Made by a program: the position numbers and the translations under genes
Shown here: piece after piece, positions 36,572-45,136 of the stretch
Layout: the number at the start of each line of letters is the position of its first letter
How positions within the stretch are numbered: the stretch's first letter is position 1
Notes under the pieces: generated by a model
The model's input: only the letters and a program-made list of their open reading frames with translations
The model's database searches: none
Told to the model about the DNA's origin: nothing
Source of the DNA: Chloroflexota bacterium
GTDB taxonomy: Bacteria > Chloroflexota > Dormibacteria > Dormibacterales > Dormibacteraceae
Direction of reading: 5' to 3'
Length of the DNA stretch: 45,982 bases
NCBI GenBank assembly: GCA_005881335.1
Contig: VBFV01000070.1
Location: 1 to 45,982, forward strand

Positions 36572-37562
36572 TTACCGAGATCGAGGCAGTCCCAGCACCC
36601 GTTCCGCGAGGATGTTGCGCAGCACCTCGGAGCTCCCGGCCTCGATGGTGTTGGCGCGCGAACGCAAGAACTGGTACTTCCAGCCATCGCCGTCGGCGAC
36701 TTGCGACGCGGGCCCGGCGATGTCCATCGCCGTCTCGGTCATGCGCTGGTTGAGCTCGGACCACATCAGCTTGAGGATCGATCCTTCGGGGCCGGGAATC
36801 CCACTGCGCTTGACGGCGGTCACGGCGCGGTAACCGTTGAGCTGCAGCGCGCGCGCCTCGATGGCGTGCTGCGCGATCTTCTGGCGGACCAGCCGGTCGG
36901 AGCCGCGGCCCAGCTTCCGCGCCCGTTCAGCGAGCTCAGATGCCGTGATCTGCGCGCGGGTCGCCAGCGCCAGCCCGAGCGTGCCGCGCTCGTGAAGCAA
37001 AGTCGTCATGGCGACCGCCCATCCACCGCCCGCCTCACCAAGAATCTGTGTCTTCGGCACCTTCACGTCCTTGAAGAAGATCTCGTTGAACTCCGCGTCG
37101 CCTGTGATCTGGACCAGCGGACGGACCTCGACGCCTGGACTCGCCATGTCTACCAGGAGGTAGGTGAGGCCATCCCGCGGGTTGGCTTCCTTGCGTTCGC
37201 GGGCGAGGAGCATGCACCACTTCGCGACGTGAGCGAGCGTCGTCGCTCCCGTGGGCGATCACGACCGGCCCGCCCATCCCGAGGCCGATGACGTTGATCG
37301 GTTCCGGTGCGTGGGCCAGGATCATCTCATCGTTGAAGATCAGCTGGTACATGAAGCTGCGGCCACGGCCCCCGTATTCCTTCGGCCAGGTCATGCCGAC
37401 GTAGCCGGCGCCGTAGAGCTTTCTCTGCCATGCGCGGCGGTTGTTGATGTACCCATCCATATCCGCCCCGCCGTCGTCCGTCGGCGCATTGGCCTTCAGC
37501 CAGGCCCGGACTTCGTCGCGAAATGCCTTCTCGGGTTCGCTCAGATCGAAATCCATATCCAT
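36572..37562 (-). pseudogene. acyl-CoA dehydrogenase disrupted by an internal out-of-frame deletion
   Basis: ORF 37035..37562 encodes an ACAD N-terminal domain up to ...GLGMGGPVVIAHG and then runs out of frame. ORF 36572..37213 resumes in another frame at (TTLAHVAK)WCMLLARERKEANPRDGLTYLLVDM and continues to the ACAD C-terminus. The expected segment of about 60-70 aa (SEPxAGSD ... NGxKxW) is absent. The junction is near 37245. Confidence 0.7.
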
Positions 37563-37578
37563 ACCTTACCCTCGGCTG

Positions 37579-38343
37579 ATGCAGCAGCAAGCCGGACTGG
37601 TTTCGCCGGACGGTTACTGGCTGTGGAACGGGACGGAGTGGGTCCCTAACCCGTATCGACCGCCGGTCGTCACCCAGTGGGCTCCGCCGTTCGAGACGGC
37701 CCGATTCCGAGCCACCATGACGACGGTATTTCTCATCGCGAACGCGATTGCTCTCGGACTCGGAATCCTGTGGACGGTCTTGAACATCGCCTACATCCAG
37801 ACGCCTAACCCGGACCAGGCCTTCACCGCCGTTTGGGGCGTGCTGGCTCTCGCCTACCTTGCGCTCCTCTTCGGCACGCTCATTCCGGCGGGCGTCTTCT
37901 TCAGCATGTGGGTGCACCGTGTCGTGCGGAACATGCCCGCGCTTGGTTCTCCGGACTGGCGGCGCTCGCCAGGCTGGTCGGTCGGGTCGAGCTTCATCCC
38001 GATCCTCAGCCTTTTCTATCCGTACTGGGCGGTGCTCGACGCCTGGCGGGCGTCCGACCCTCGGTGGCGCTGGCTGAACCTGACCGCTCGAAAATCCCTG
38101 GGAGTCCCGGCGCTCCCCGCGGTCTGGTGGACGCTGTACCTGTTGGCGCTGGTGATGAACCGAACTTCCGCCGTGATGGACAGGTCGAGTGATGTCGGCA
38201 TCAGGGTTGCCGGGTCGGCGGTCGACATCGCCAGCTCGGTCGTGCTGATCGGTGCCGCGGTGCTGGCCATCTTCGTCGTGCGAGACCTCACGGCGCGCCA
38301 GGAGCTCAAGAACGAGCTGATCTCGAGCGGCCGGCTCGCCTGA
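37579..38343 (+). CDS. DUF4328-like membrane protein
   Basis: ORF trimmed to the ATG at 37579 (MQQQAGLVSPDGYWLWNGTEWVPN). The body, including RRSPGWSVGSSFIPILSLFYPYWAVLDAWRASDP and TM helices, matches my recollection of DUF4328. Confidence 0.6.
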   Translation: MQQQAGLVSPDGYWLWNGTEWVPNPYRPPVVTQWAPPFETARFRATMTTVFLIANAIALGLGILWTVLNIAYIQTPNPDQAFTAVWGVLALAYLALLFGTLIPAGVFFSMWVHRVVRNMPALGSPDWRRSPGWSVGSSFIPILSLFYPYWAVLDAWRASDPRWRWLNLTARKSLGVPALPAVWWTLYLLALVMNRTSAVMDRSSDVGIRVAGSAVDIASSVVLIGAAVLAIFVVRDLTARQELKNELISSGRLA

Positions 38344-38354
38344 AATCGCCGCCG

Positions 38355-39263
38355 TCAGGCGACGGCCGGGATCACCTCTTTCGCGAGCAGCTCCAATGCA
38401 TCGCGGTCGTCGAGCAGCCAGTGCTGGAGCATGAAAAGGTGAATTCCCAGACGGCCAAACTCGCGCATCCGCTCCGCGATCTGTTCGGGCGTCCCCACCA
38501 GCCAGGCCTCCTTGCGGTTCTCGAGCACCTCCTCAGGGCTCATCTCGTTCAGGTCGTCGACGACCTGACTCACCTGCGCCGCACGTTCCAGCAGCTCGGT
38601 CCGGGTGCGGCCGACAAGAAAACCGGTCATCACGGAGTGCCGAATGCTCGCGGGATCCCGTCCGATATGGCGACAGCGCTGTTCCAGCAGATCGCGTCGC
38701 TGCCTGTAGCCGTCTGCGTCGAGCTTCGAGTAGTTCCATTCCGAAGCCTCGCGGGCAACGAGGGGAAGCGTCCGTTTCACGCCTTTGCCCCCGAGTAGGA
38801 GGGGAATCGGGTTGCGCAGCGGCTTGGGGCTGGATTTGTTCCACGTTTCGCGAATCGTCTTGATGCCGGCCTCCAGCATGTCGAAGCGTTGTGTCTCCGT
38901 ATAGAACGGGATGTCGAACTCCGTGTGCTCGTGTTCGTTCCAGCCCGCGCCGACGCCGAGGATGAGCCGACCGGCGGCGAGAACGTCGACGGCGGCGGCC
39001 ATGCGCGCAAGCAGAGCCGGCGGCCTGAACGTCATCGGGCTGACCATCGGCCCGATCTCGATGTTCTTCGTCCACTCGGCCGCGAGCGCGAGCGAGATCC
39101 ACGTCTCGATGCAGTCCTGGTCCGGGCGTCCGTTGAGCGAAGTGAAATGGTCACTGCGGCGGAGCGACGCGAAACCGAGGCGGTCGGTGTCTAGGCAGAT
39201 CTTGCGCCAGCGGTCCCAGCTGAGACCCTCCTGGCCCTCGATCATGATCCCGACCTGCGCCAT
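38355..39263 (-). CDS. LLM-class (luciferase-like) F420/flavin-dependent oxidoreductase
   Basis: ORF trimmed to the ATG at 39263 (TGATG overlap with the upstream stop). Motifs: MAQVGIMIEGQEGLSWDRW...SDHF and LILGVGAGWNEHE. Confidence 0.75.
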   Translation of the reverse strand: MAQVGIMIEGQEGLSWDRWRKICLDTDRLGFASLRRSDHFTSLNGRPDQDCIETWISLALAAEWTKNIEIGPMVSPMTFRPPALLARMAAAVDVLAAGRLILGVGAGWNEHEHTEFDIPFYTETQRFDMLEAGIKTIRETWNKSSPKPLRNPIPLLLGGKGVKRTLPLVAREASEWNYSKLDADGYRQRRDLLEQRCRHIGRDPASIRHSVMTGFLVGRTRTELLERAAQVSQVVDDLNEMSPEEVLENRKEAWLVGTPEQIAERMREFGRLGIHLFMLQHWLLDDRDALELLAKEVIPAVA

Positions 39264-40267
39264 CAGCGAGTCATCGTAAGTTGATCCAGCGGGCGGAAGT
39301 TCAGGATGCGATCTCGTGGGATGCCCGCCCGGCGGGCCATCCACAACGCCATCGGGACGTATGCGAACTCGGCCGGGGCGTGTGCGTCGGCGTCGATCGC
39401 AAACGAGCATCCGAACTCGAAGGCCAGGCGGGCCATCTCGGGCGAAAGGTCCATGCGGGCCGGGTCGCAGTCGATCTCCAGCGCCACACCCCGCTTGGCG
39501 GCTTCCTTGAAAACCAGCTCGTAGTCGTAAGACGCGCCCTCGCGCGAGCCTGGACGACGCCCGGTCGGATGGCCGATCACGTCGACGTGTGGGTGCGAGA
39601 CGGCACGCATCATCCGCTCCGTCATGGCCGCGGGTTCCTGCCGCAGCTTCACGTGCGGCGAGGCGATGACGATGTCGAGAATCTCAAGCACCGCGTCCGG
39701 CAGGTCCAGCGACCCATCTTCGAGGATGTCGACCTCGATGCCCTGTAGGAGTGTCAGACCGTCGACCTGGCTCTGCACCTCGGCCATCTCGCGCGACTGC
39801 GCGACCAGCCGCTCGGCGTTGAGGCCGTGCACGACGGTGATGCGTGGCGAGTGGTCGGTGATCCCCAGATAGCTGTAGCCGAGCGCCTGCGCTCCCTGAG
39901 CCATCTCCAGCATCGTTGCCCGGCCGTCGCTCCAGTCGGTGTGGGAGTGGACGTCGCCCTGGTAGTCGCCCAGGTCGAGGTCGGATTCGTCGTCGCGGGC
40001 GGGCTGCTTGAACTGCTCGCGGAGCCGGTTGAGATAACGACTCTGTCCGGTCTGAATGACGTCGGCCAGGACCCTGGCGATTCCTTCTCCGACGCCTTCG
40101 ATCGAGGTCAAGTTCTCGGCCCGCTGCAGGTCGACCAGGTTGGGCCGTTGCAGCGTGACGGACCACGCGGCAGTGGAGAACGCCTTGGCGCGAAACCGCT
40201 CCTTGGGATCCTGGCGGAGCAGATAGCCGATCTCGGACAGGACCTGCGCCGCTTCAATCGCATCCAA
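39263..40267 (-). CDS. PolX-like protein: 8-kDa helix-hairpin-helix domain fused directly to a PHP phosphoesterase domain
   Basis: ORF trimmed to the TTG at 40267, giving (M)DAIEAAQVLSEIGYLLRQDPKERFRAKAFSTAA...IEGVGEGIARVL, which is PolX N-terminus-like. About 110 aa later comes the PHP motif GDVHSHTDWSDG, then GITDHS and ASPH. Total length is about 334 aa. Confidence 0.65.
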   Translation of the reverse strand: MDAIEAAQVLSEIGYLLRQDPKERFRAKAFSTAAWSVTLQRPNLVDLQRAENLTSIEGVGEGIARVLADVIQTGQSRYLNRLREQFKQPARDDESDLDLGDYQGDVHSHTDWSDGRATMLEMAQGAQALGYSYLGITDHSPRITVVHGLNAERLVAQSREMAEVQSQVDGLTLLQGIEVDILEDGSLDLPDAVLEILDIVIASPHVKLRQEPAAMTERMMRAVSHPHVDVIGHPTGRRPGSREGASYDYELVFKEAAKRGVALEIDCDPARMDLSPEMARLAFEFGCSFAIDADAHAPAEFAYVPMALWMARRAGIPRDRILNFRPLDQLTMTR

Positions 40268-40289
40268 CCCGTAAATTGTGTGAGCAACG

Positions 40290-40871
40290 ATGGCTACACC
40301 AAAGCCCAAACCGGGCGACCCGATCCCCGAGCTGGTCGAATCGCTGTTGGTCGAGCTGGGCGAGGACCCGGATCGGCAGGGCCTCAGGGCGACGCCCGAC
40401 CGCGTGGCTCGGGCGATGCGCGAGCTCACCAGCGGCTATGGCGTCAAACCGGAGGAGGTCGTCGCCGACGCGGTCTTCGACCAGGACTACGACGAGATGG
40501 TCGTGGTCAAGGACATCGCTTTCTACAGCCTTTGCGAGCATCACATGCTGCCTTTCTTCGGGCACGTCCACGTCGGTTACCTGCCCAAGGGCAAGGTTGT
40601 CGGGCTGAGCAAGATCCCGCGCCTGGTCGAGGTCTTCTCGCATCGGCTCCAGATCCAGGAGAAGCTCACCAACGAGATCGCCGAAGCGCTCAACCAGGCG
40701 GTCGCGCCCAGGGGTGTCGGCGTGGTCGTCGAAGCGCGCCACCTCTGCCTGGAGATGCGCGGCATCGAGACTCCAGGTGGCCGGATGATCACGTCCTGCA
40801 TGCTCGGCACCTTCCGGCGCGACCCGCGGACCCGAGCCGAATTTCTGAACCTAGTCCGTCAGTCCGCCTGA
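40290..40871 (+). CDS. folE: GTP cyclohydrolase I
   Basis: 193 aa with motifs FYSLCEHHMLPFFG, HRLQIQEKLT and CLEMRG. Confidence 0.95.
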   Translation: MATPKPKPGDPIPELVESLLVELGEDPDRQGLRATPDRVARAMRELTSGYGVKPEEVVADAVFDQDYDEMVVVKDIAFYSLCEHHMLPFFGHVHVGYLPKGKVVGLSKIPRLVEVFSHRLQIQEKLTNEIAEALNQAVAPRGVGVVVEARHLCLEMRGIETPGGRMITSCMLGTFRRDPRTRAEFLNLVRQSA

Positions 40872-40887
40872 GCCCGAGCCTCAATAC

Positions 40888-40920
40888 ATAAACCAGCCTT
40901 TATGCTTTAGACTGGCTTAT
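40888..40920. promoter_or_regulatory. imperfect inverted repeat in an AT-rich spacer (candidate ArsR-type operator/promoter)
   Basis: ATAAACCAGCC (40888-40898) and GACTGGCTTAT (40910-40920) match as reverse complements at 9 of 11 positions. CCTTTATG also occurs twice, 30 bp apart. TATAAA lies at 40917-40922, about 11 nt before the arsR ATG, and there is no SD. Confidence 0.35.
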
Positions 40921-40932
40921 AAAGCAACCTTT

Positions 40933-41262
40933 ATGTTTCTTCAGAACCCGCGGAACGAGCTGCCGGACCACTTCCTGGCCTTCGCCAACCCCACGCGCCT
41001 GCGCATCCTGGAGCGCCTGGCCCAGGCAGGCGAGGTCAATGTCAACGACCTGGCCCTGTACCTGCACATGAGCCAGCCCCGTATCTCCTGGCACCTGCGG
41101 ATGCTCCGAGTCGGCGGCGTGATCCGCACCCGCCGTGAGGGTAGGCAGGTCTACTGCTCGCTGGACCTGGAGAACATCCGGCGCTTTCGCCGGCGCCTGG
41201 ATCAACTGCTCGGCATGACACAGATTGAAAAAGCAAAAGTTCGTGAGGAGGTTGGGGCATGA
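40933..41262 (+). CDS. ArsR/SmtB family transcriptional regulator
   Basis: 109 aa with the ArsR helix-turn-helix pattern ([51 protein letters not shown]). It has no CVC-type alpha-3 metal site and only one Cys. Confidence 0.85.
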   Translation: MFLQNPRNELPDHFLAFANPTRLRILERLAQAGEVNVNDLALYLHMSQPRISWHLRMLRVGGVIRTRREGRQVYCSLDLENIRRFRRRLDQLLGMTQIEKAKVREEVGA

Positions 41263-42434
41263 GCGCCCAAAAGAACGGTCATCGCAATGGCAAGGTACGA
41301 GTTGCCGTCGTCGGCGTCGGCAACTGCGCCTCGTCGCTCGTCCAGGGCGTGCACTACTACCGCGACGCATCGCCCAAAGAGTCCGTGCCTGGGCTGATGC
41401 ACGTTGACCTCGGCGGCTATCACATCCGTGACATCGAGTTCGTCGCCGCGTTCGACATCGACAAGAACAAGGTGGGGCTCGACCTCTCCGAGGCCATATT
41501 CGCAAAGCCCAACAACACCGTGAAGTTCGCGGACGTGCCTCGCGCCGGCGTGAAAGTCCAGCGCGGCATGACCCACGACGGCATCGGCAAGTACCTCTCC
41601 GAAGTCGTGCAGAAGGCGCCCGGCGAAACCTCGGACGTAGTCGGCATCCTGAAGAAGACGAAGGCCGACGTGATGGTCAGCTACCTGCCGGTCGGCTCCG
41701 AAGAGGCGACCAAGTGGTACGTCGAGCAGGCACTGACCGCGGGCGTGGGATTCGTCAACTGCATCCCGGTCTTCATCGCGCGCGAGCCGTACTGGCAGAA
41801 GCGTTTCCTCGACAAGAATCTGCCGATCATCGGCGACGACATCAAATCGCAGGTCGGCGCGACCATCATCCACCGCGTCCTGACCCGCCTGTTCCGCGAC
41901 CGCGGCGTGAAGCTCGAGCGCACCTACCAGCTCAACTTCGGCGGCAACACGGACTTCCTGAACATGCTCGAGCGCGAGCGCCTGATGTCCAAGAAGATCT
42001 CCAAGACTCGGTCCGTCACGTCACAGCTCGACTACGACATCGGCAAAGACAACGTGCACATCGGCCCGTCGGACTACGTGCCCTGGCTGAACGACCGCAA
42101 GTGGGCCTACATCCGGCTCGAAGGCCGCTCGTTCGGCGACGTGCCGCTGAACGTCGAGCTGAAGCTCGAGGTGGTGGACTCGCCAAACTCGGCCGGAATC
42201 GTCATCGACGCTGTGCGCTGCGCCAAGCTGGCGCTCGACCGCGGTCTCGGTGGAGCGCTCGAGGGACCCAGCTCCTACTTCATGAAGTCGCCGCCGGTGC
42301 AGTACAGCGACAACGACGCCAGACGGCTGGTGGAGGAGTTCATCGAAGGTGATAAGGCCGGAGTCAATGGGCGCGACGGGCGAGACCGCCGCACCCCCCG
42401 CGTCAAGCCGGCGACCGCGACTGCTCGCCGCTAG
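41259..42434 (+). CDS. ino1: myo-inositol-1-phosphate synthase
   Basis: 391 aa with motifs [38 protein letters not shown] and SKKISKT. The ATG overlaps the arsR stop (ATGA). A basic C-terminal tail of about 25 aa overlaps the next gene. Confidence 0.9.
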   Translation: MSAQKNGHRNGKVRVAVVGVGNCASSLVQGVHYYRDASPKESVPGLMHVDLGGYHIRDIEFVAAFDIDKNKVGLDLSEAIFAKPNNTVKFADVPRAGVKVQRGMTHDGIGKYLSEVVQKAPGETSDVVGILKKTKADVMVSYLPVGSEEATKWYVEQALTAGVGFVNCIPVFIAREPYWQKRFLDKNLPIIGDDIKSQVGATIIHRVLTRLFRDRGVKLERTYQLNFGGNTDFLNMLERERLMSKKISKTRSVTSQLDYDIGKDNVHIGPSDYVPWLNDRKWAYIRLEGRSFGDVPLNVELKLEVVDSPNSAGIVIDAVRCAKLALDRGLGGALEGPSSYFMKSPPVQYSDNDARRLVEEFIEGDKAGVNGRDGRDRRTPRVKPATATARR

Positions 42435-43263
42435 CTACGCCGCCGGAGCACGCGCGCTGCGTGTGGTGCCGGCCGGGGTCCGGCATGCCGTCGCCGCACC
42501 TGGCGGCGTGGCGTGGTTCTGGCTGAGCCCGGCCCAGCGGAGCGCGGCGCTCGACAACTACGCCACGGCGTTGGGCCGCGACCGGTCCGACCCCGACGTG
42601 GCTCGCGTCGCCAGGCGCGCCTTCCAGAACTACGGCCGGATGCTGATGGACTTCCTGCTCCTCGGCAGCCTCACGCCGGATGAGTTGATCGCCCGCATGT
42701 CCGTCGACGGCCGAGAGCACCTCGACGCCGCGCTCGCTCATGGCCGCGGCGTGATCATGGCCGTGCCGCACATGGGCTCGTGGGACATGGCGGGCTCGTA
42801 CGCCGGCGCGCTGGGGTACCGGATCTCCGCGGTGGCCGAACGCTTTCCCGGCTCTCTCAACGACGCGGTGGTGGCAACCCGCGAGCGTTTCGGCCTGAAC
42901 GTCATCACCCTGGGACGAGCCGCTGTCAGAGGAATCAACGAAGCGCTGGCTGCCAACCATGTCGTCGCTTTGTTGTGCGACCTGGAACAGGGGCCTGGAC
43001 TCAGTGTGAATTTCTTCGGCCGCCGCGCGACGGTACCTGGGGGACCTGCAGCTTTTGCCCTCAAGACGGGCGCGGCGCTCCTCCCCGCCTGCCAGTACGC
43101 GACCGCGGCCGGTCGATATCACGTGCACCTCGACCCGGCGCTGGCGGCGCACGAAGGCGACACAAAAGAGACCCTCATGCAGCGGGTGATCGGCCGATTC
43201 GAGGATTTCATCAAGGAGCGTCCCGACCAGTGGTATGCATTTCGGCCGATGTTCAGTCGCTGA
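42367..43263 (+). CDS. lysophospholipid (HtrB/PatA-like) acyltransferase, copy A
   Basis: ORF 42349..43263. The start is uncertain: ATG at 42367 or GTG at 42349, and both overlap the ino1 3' end. LPLAT motifs: HX4D as PHMGSWD, then DLEQG...[25 protein letters not shown]. Confidence 0.8.
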   Translation: MGATGETAAPPASSRRPRLLAASYAAGARALRVVPAGVRHAVAAPGGVAWFWLSPAQRSAALDNYATALGRDRSDPDVARVARRAFQNYGRMLMDFLLLGSLTPDELIARMSVDGREHLDAALAHGRGVIMAVPHMGSWDMAGSYAGALGYRISAVAERFPGSLNDAVVATRERFGLNVITLGRAAVRGINEALAANHVVALLCDLEQGPGLSVNFFGRRATVPGGPAAFALKTGAALLPACQYATAAGRYHVHLDPALAAHEGDTKETLMQRVIGRFEDFIKERPDQWYAFRPMFSR

Positions 43264-44453
43264 GGGATGGGCGAATGGACATGGCGCGGATTCAAAGTCG
43301 TGCAGTCGCTGGTGGAGCGCTTGCCCCGGTCGTGGGCGTATGCGCTTGCCGTGATGGCGGCGCGTCTGGCATGGCGTTTCTCTCCACTGGCGCGTCCGCG
43401 CCTCGAGTACAACCTCAAGATTGCGTGTCCGGAGCTGCGGGACGACCCGGTGGCGTTGCGGCGTCTGTCCAGGCTGAACTTTCAGAATCACGCCAAGGCT
43501 TACGCCGACCTGATGCAGCTTCCGAGCGCGAGGATCGAGGCCATGCGGCCGCTGCTGAAGGTGACGGGTTTGGAAAATCTCGACGCCGCGCGCAGTCATG
43601 GCCGCGGCGTGATCATGGCCGTGCCGCACATGGGCTCGTGGGACATGGCGGGCTCGTACGCCGGCGCGCTGGGGTACCGGATCTCCGCGGTGGCCGAACG
43701 CTTTCCCGGCTCTCTCAACGACGCGGTGGTGGCAACCCGCGAGCGTTTCGGCCTGAACGTCATCACCGTGGGACGAGCCGCTGTCAGAGGAATCAACGAA
43801 GCGCTGGCTGCCAACCATGTCGTCGCTTTGTTGTGCGACCTGGAACAGGGGCCTGGACTCAGTGTGAATTTCTTCGGCCGCCGCGCGACGGTGCCTGGGG
43901 GACCTGCAGCTTTTGCCCTCAAGACGGGCGCGGCGCTCCTCCCCGCCTGCCAGTACGCGACCGCGGCGGGTCGATATCACGTGCACCTCGACCCGGCGCT
44001 GGCGGCGCACGAAGGCGACACAAAAGAGACCCTCATGCAGCGGGTGATCGGCCGATTCGAGGATTTCATCAAGGAGCGTCCCGACCAGTGGTATGCATTT
44101 CGGCCGATGTTCAGTCGCTGAGGGATGGGCGAATGGACATGGCGCGGATTCAAAGTCGTGCAGTCGCTGGTGGAGCGCTTGCCCCGGTCGTGGGCGTATG
44201 CGCTTGCCGTGATGGCGGCGCGTCTGGCATGGCGTTTCTCTCCACTGGCGCGTCCGCGCCTCGAGTACAACCTCAAGATTGCGTGTCCGGAGCTGCGGGA
44301 CGACCCGGTGGCGTTGCGGCGTCTGTCCAGGCTGAACTTTCAGAATCACGCCAAGGCTTACGCCGACCTGATGCAGCTTCCGAGCGCGAGGATCGAGGCC
44401 ATGCGGCCGCTGCTGAAGGTGACGGGTTTGGAAAATCTCGACGCCGCGCGCAG
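42738..44453 (+). repeat. tandem direct duplication, 2 x 858 bp
   Basis: My base-by-base comparison found unit 1 (42738-43595) and unit 2 (43596-44453) to differ at 3 positions: 42910 C vs 43768 G, 43035 A vs 43893 G, and 43110 C vs 43968 G. ORF-track pairs offset by exactly 858 nt corroborate this (42738..43064 with 43596..43922, and 43119..43418 with 43977..44276). Confidence 0.95.
43267..44121 (+). CDS. lysophospholipid acyltransferase, copy B (chimera: copy C N-terminus plus copy A C-terminus)
   Basis: 284 aa. Residues 1-110 are identical to copy C. Residues 111-284 are identical to copy A residues 131-304 except for one Leu to Val change. It is created by the 858-bp tandem duplication. 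Confidence 0.75.
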   Translation: MGEWTWRGFKVVQSLVERLPRSWAYALAVMAARLAWRFSPLARPRLEYNLKIACPELRDDPVALRRLSRLNFQNHAKAYADLMQLPSARIEAMRPLLKVTGLENLDAARSHGRGVIMAVPHMGSWDMAGSYAGALGYRISAVAERFPGSLNDAVVATRERFGLNVITVGRAAVRGINEALAANHVVALLCDLEQGPGLSVNFFGRRATVPGGPAAFALKTGAALLPACQYATAAGRYHVHLDPALAAHEGDTKETLMQRVIGRFEDFIKERPDQWYAFRPMFSR

Positions 44454-45003
44454 CCTGGGCAGGGGCGTACTGGCCGTGTCCTGCCATATGGGTTCGTACG
44501 AGGTGGTGTCGGCGATCTGGGCCGCGACGCTGGCGCCGGTGAGCTTCTTCGCCGAGGAGCTGGAGCCTCGAGCGCTTTTCGAGTGGTACCGCGACACACG
44601 AGCGCGTCTCGGGATCAGCGTTCTGACGCTCGACATGGGAGGCATCCGCAAGGTGCTCCAGGCTCTGCGCGAGCAGGAGATGGTGATCACAGCGATCGAC
44701 CGCGACATCACGGAAACCGGCTATCTGATGCCTTTCTTCGGCAAGCTGGCGCCGATCCCGCTGGGGCCGGCGTCGATTGCACTGCGTCTCGGCACACCGC
44801 TCTTGCCTGTGTGCGTTTACCGATTGCCGGACGATACGTACATGGCCGAGGCTGCGCCGCACGTGTTCGCGAAGCCGACAGGCAACCCGCGCGCCGACCA
44901 GGTGCGGGCCACGCAGGAGCTCTTGCGCCAGATCGAGGGCTTCATCCGGCAGCATCCGGAGCAGTGGCACGTCCCGCACCGCATCTGGCCTGGCACACCA
45001 TGA
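44125..45003 (+). CDS. lysophospholipid acyltransferase, copy C (diverged paralogue)
   Basis: 292 aa of the same family. The motif is CHMGSYE (HX4E variant), followed by DRDITETG...FFGKLAPIPLGPASIALRLGTPLLP. By eye it is only about 30% identical to copy A in the catalytic half. Confidence 0.8.
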   Translation: MGEWTWRGFKVVQSLVERLPRSWAYALAVMAARLAWRFSPLARPRLEYNLKIACPELRDDPVALRRLSRLNFQNHAKAYADLMQLPSARIEAMRPLLKVTGLENLDAARSLGRGVLAVSCHMGSYEVVSAIWAATLAPVSFFAEELEPRALFEWYRDTRARLGISVLTLDMGGIRKVLQALREQEMVITAIDRDITETGYLMPFFGKLAPIPLGPASIALRLGTPLLPVCVYRLPDDTYMAEAAPHVFAKPTGNPRADQVRATQELLRQIEGFIRQHPEQWHVPHRIWPGTP

Positions 45004-45136
45004 GAAAGAATCGCGGGTGGATCAGGATCCCCCCACGAGCCCCCCTCTCCGGGCAACGTCTGGCAGGCGATTGGTATGGCAACGCTTGGGTGGCGGCCGG
45101 AGTGAAGCCGGCCTACGCGCCGCGTGGGGTTTCTCC

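Noticed and set aside
42349-42434. The basic C-terminal tail of Ino1 ([26 protein letters not shown]) as a functional extension
   Set aside because: The tail coincides with the region overlapped by the start of acyltransferase A. It may simply reflect where the stop codon falls, and there is no independent support for a function.
42738-44453. The 858-bp repeat as a mobile element or IS
   Set aside because: There is no transposase, no terminal inverted repeats and no target-site duplication. The repeat boundaries fall inside two paralogous genes and preserve the reading frame, which fits a segmental tandem duplication.
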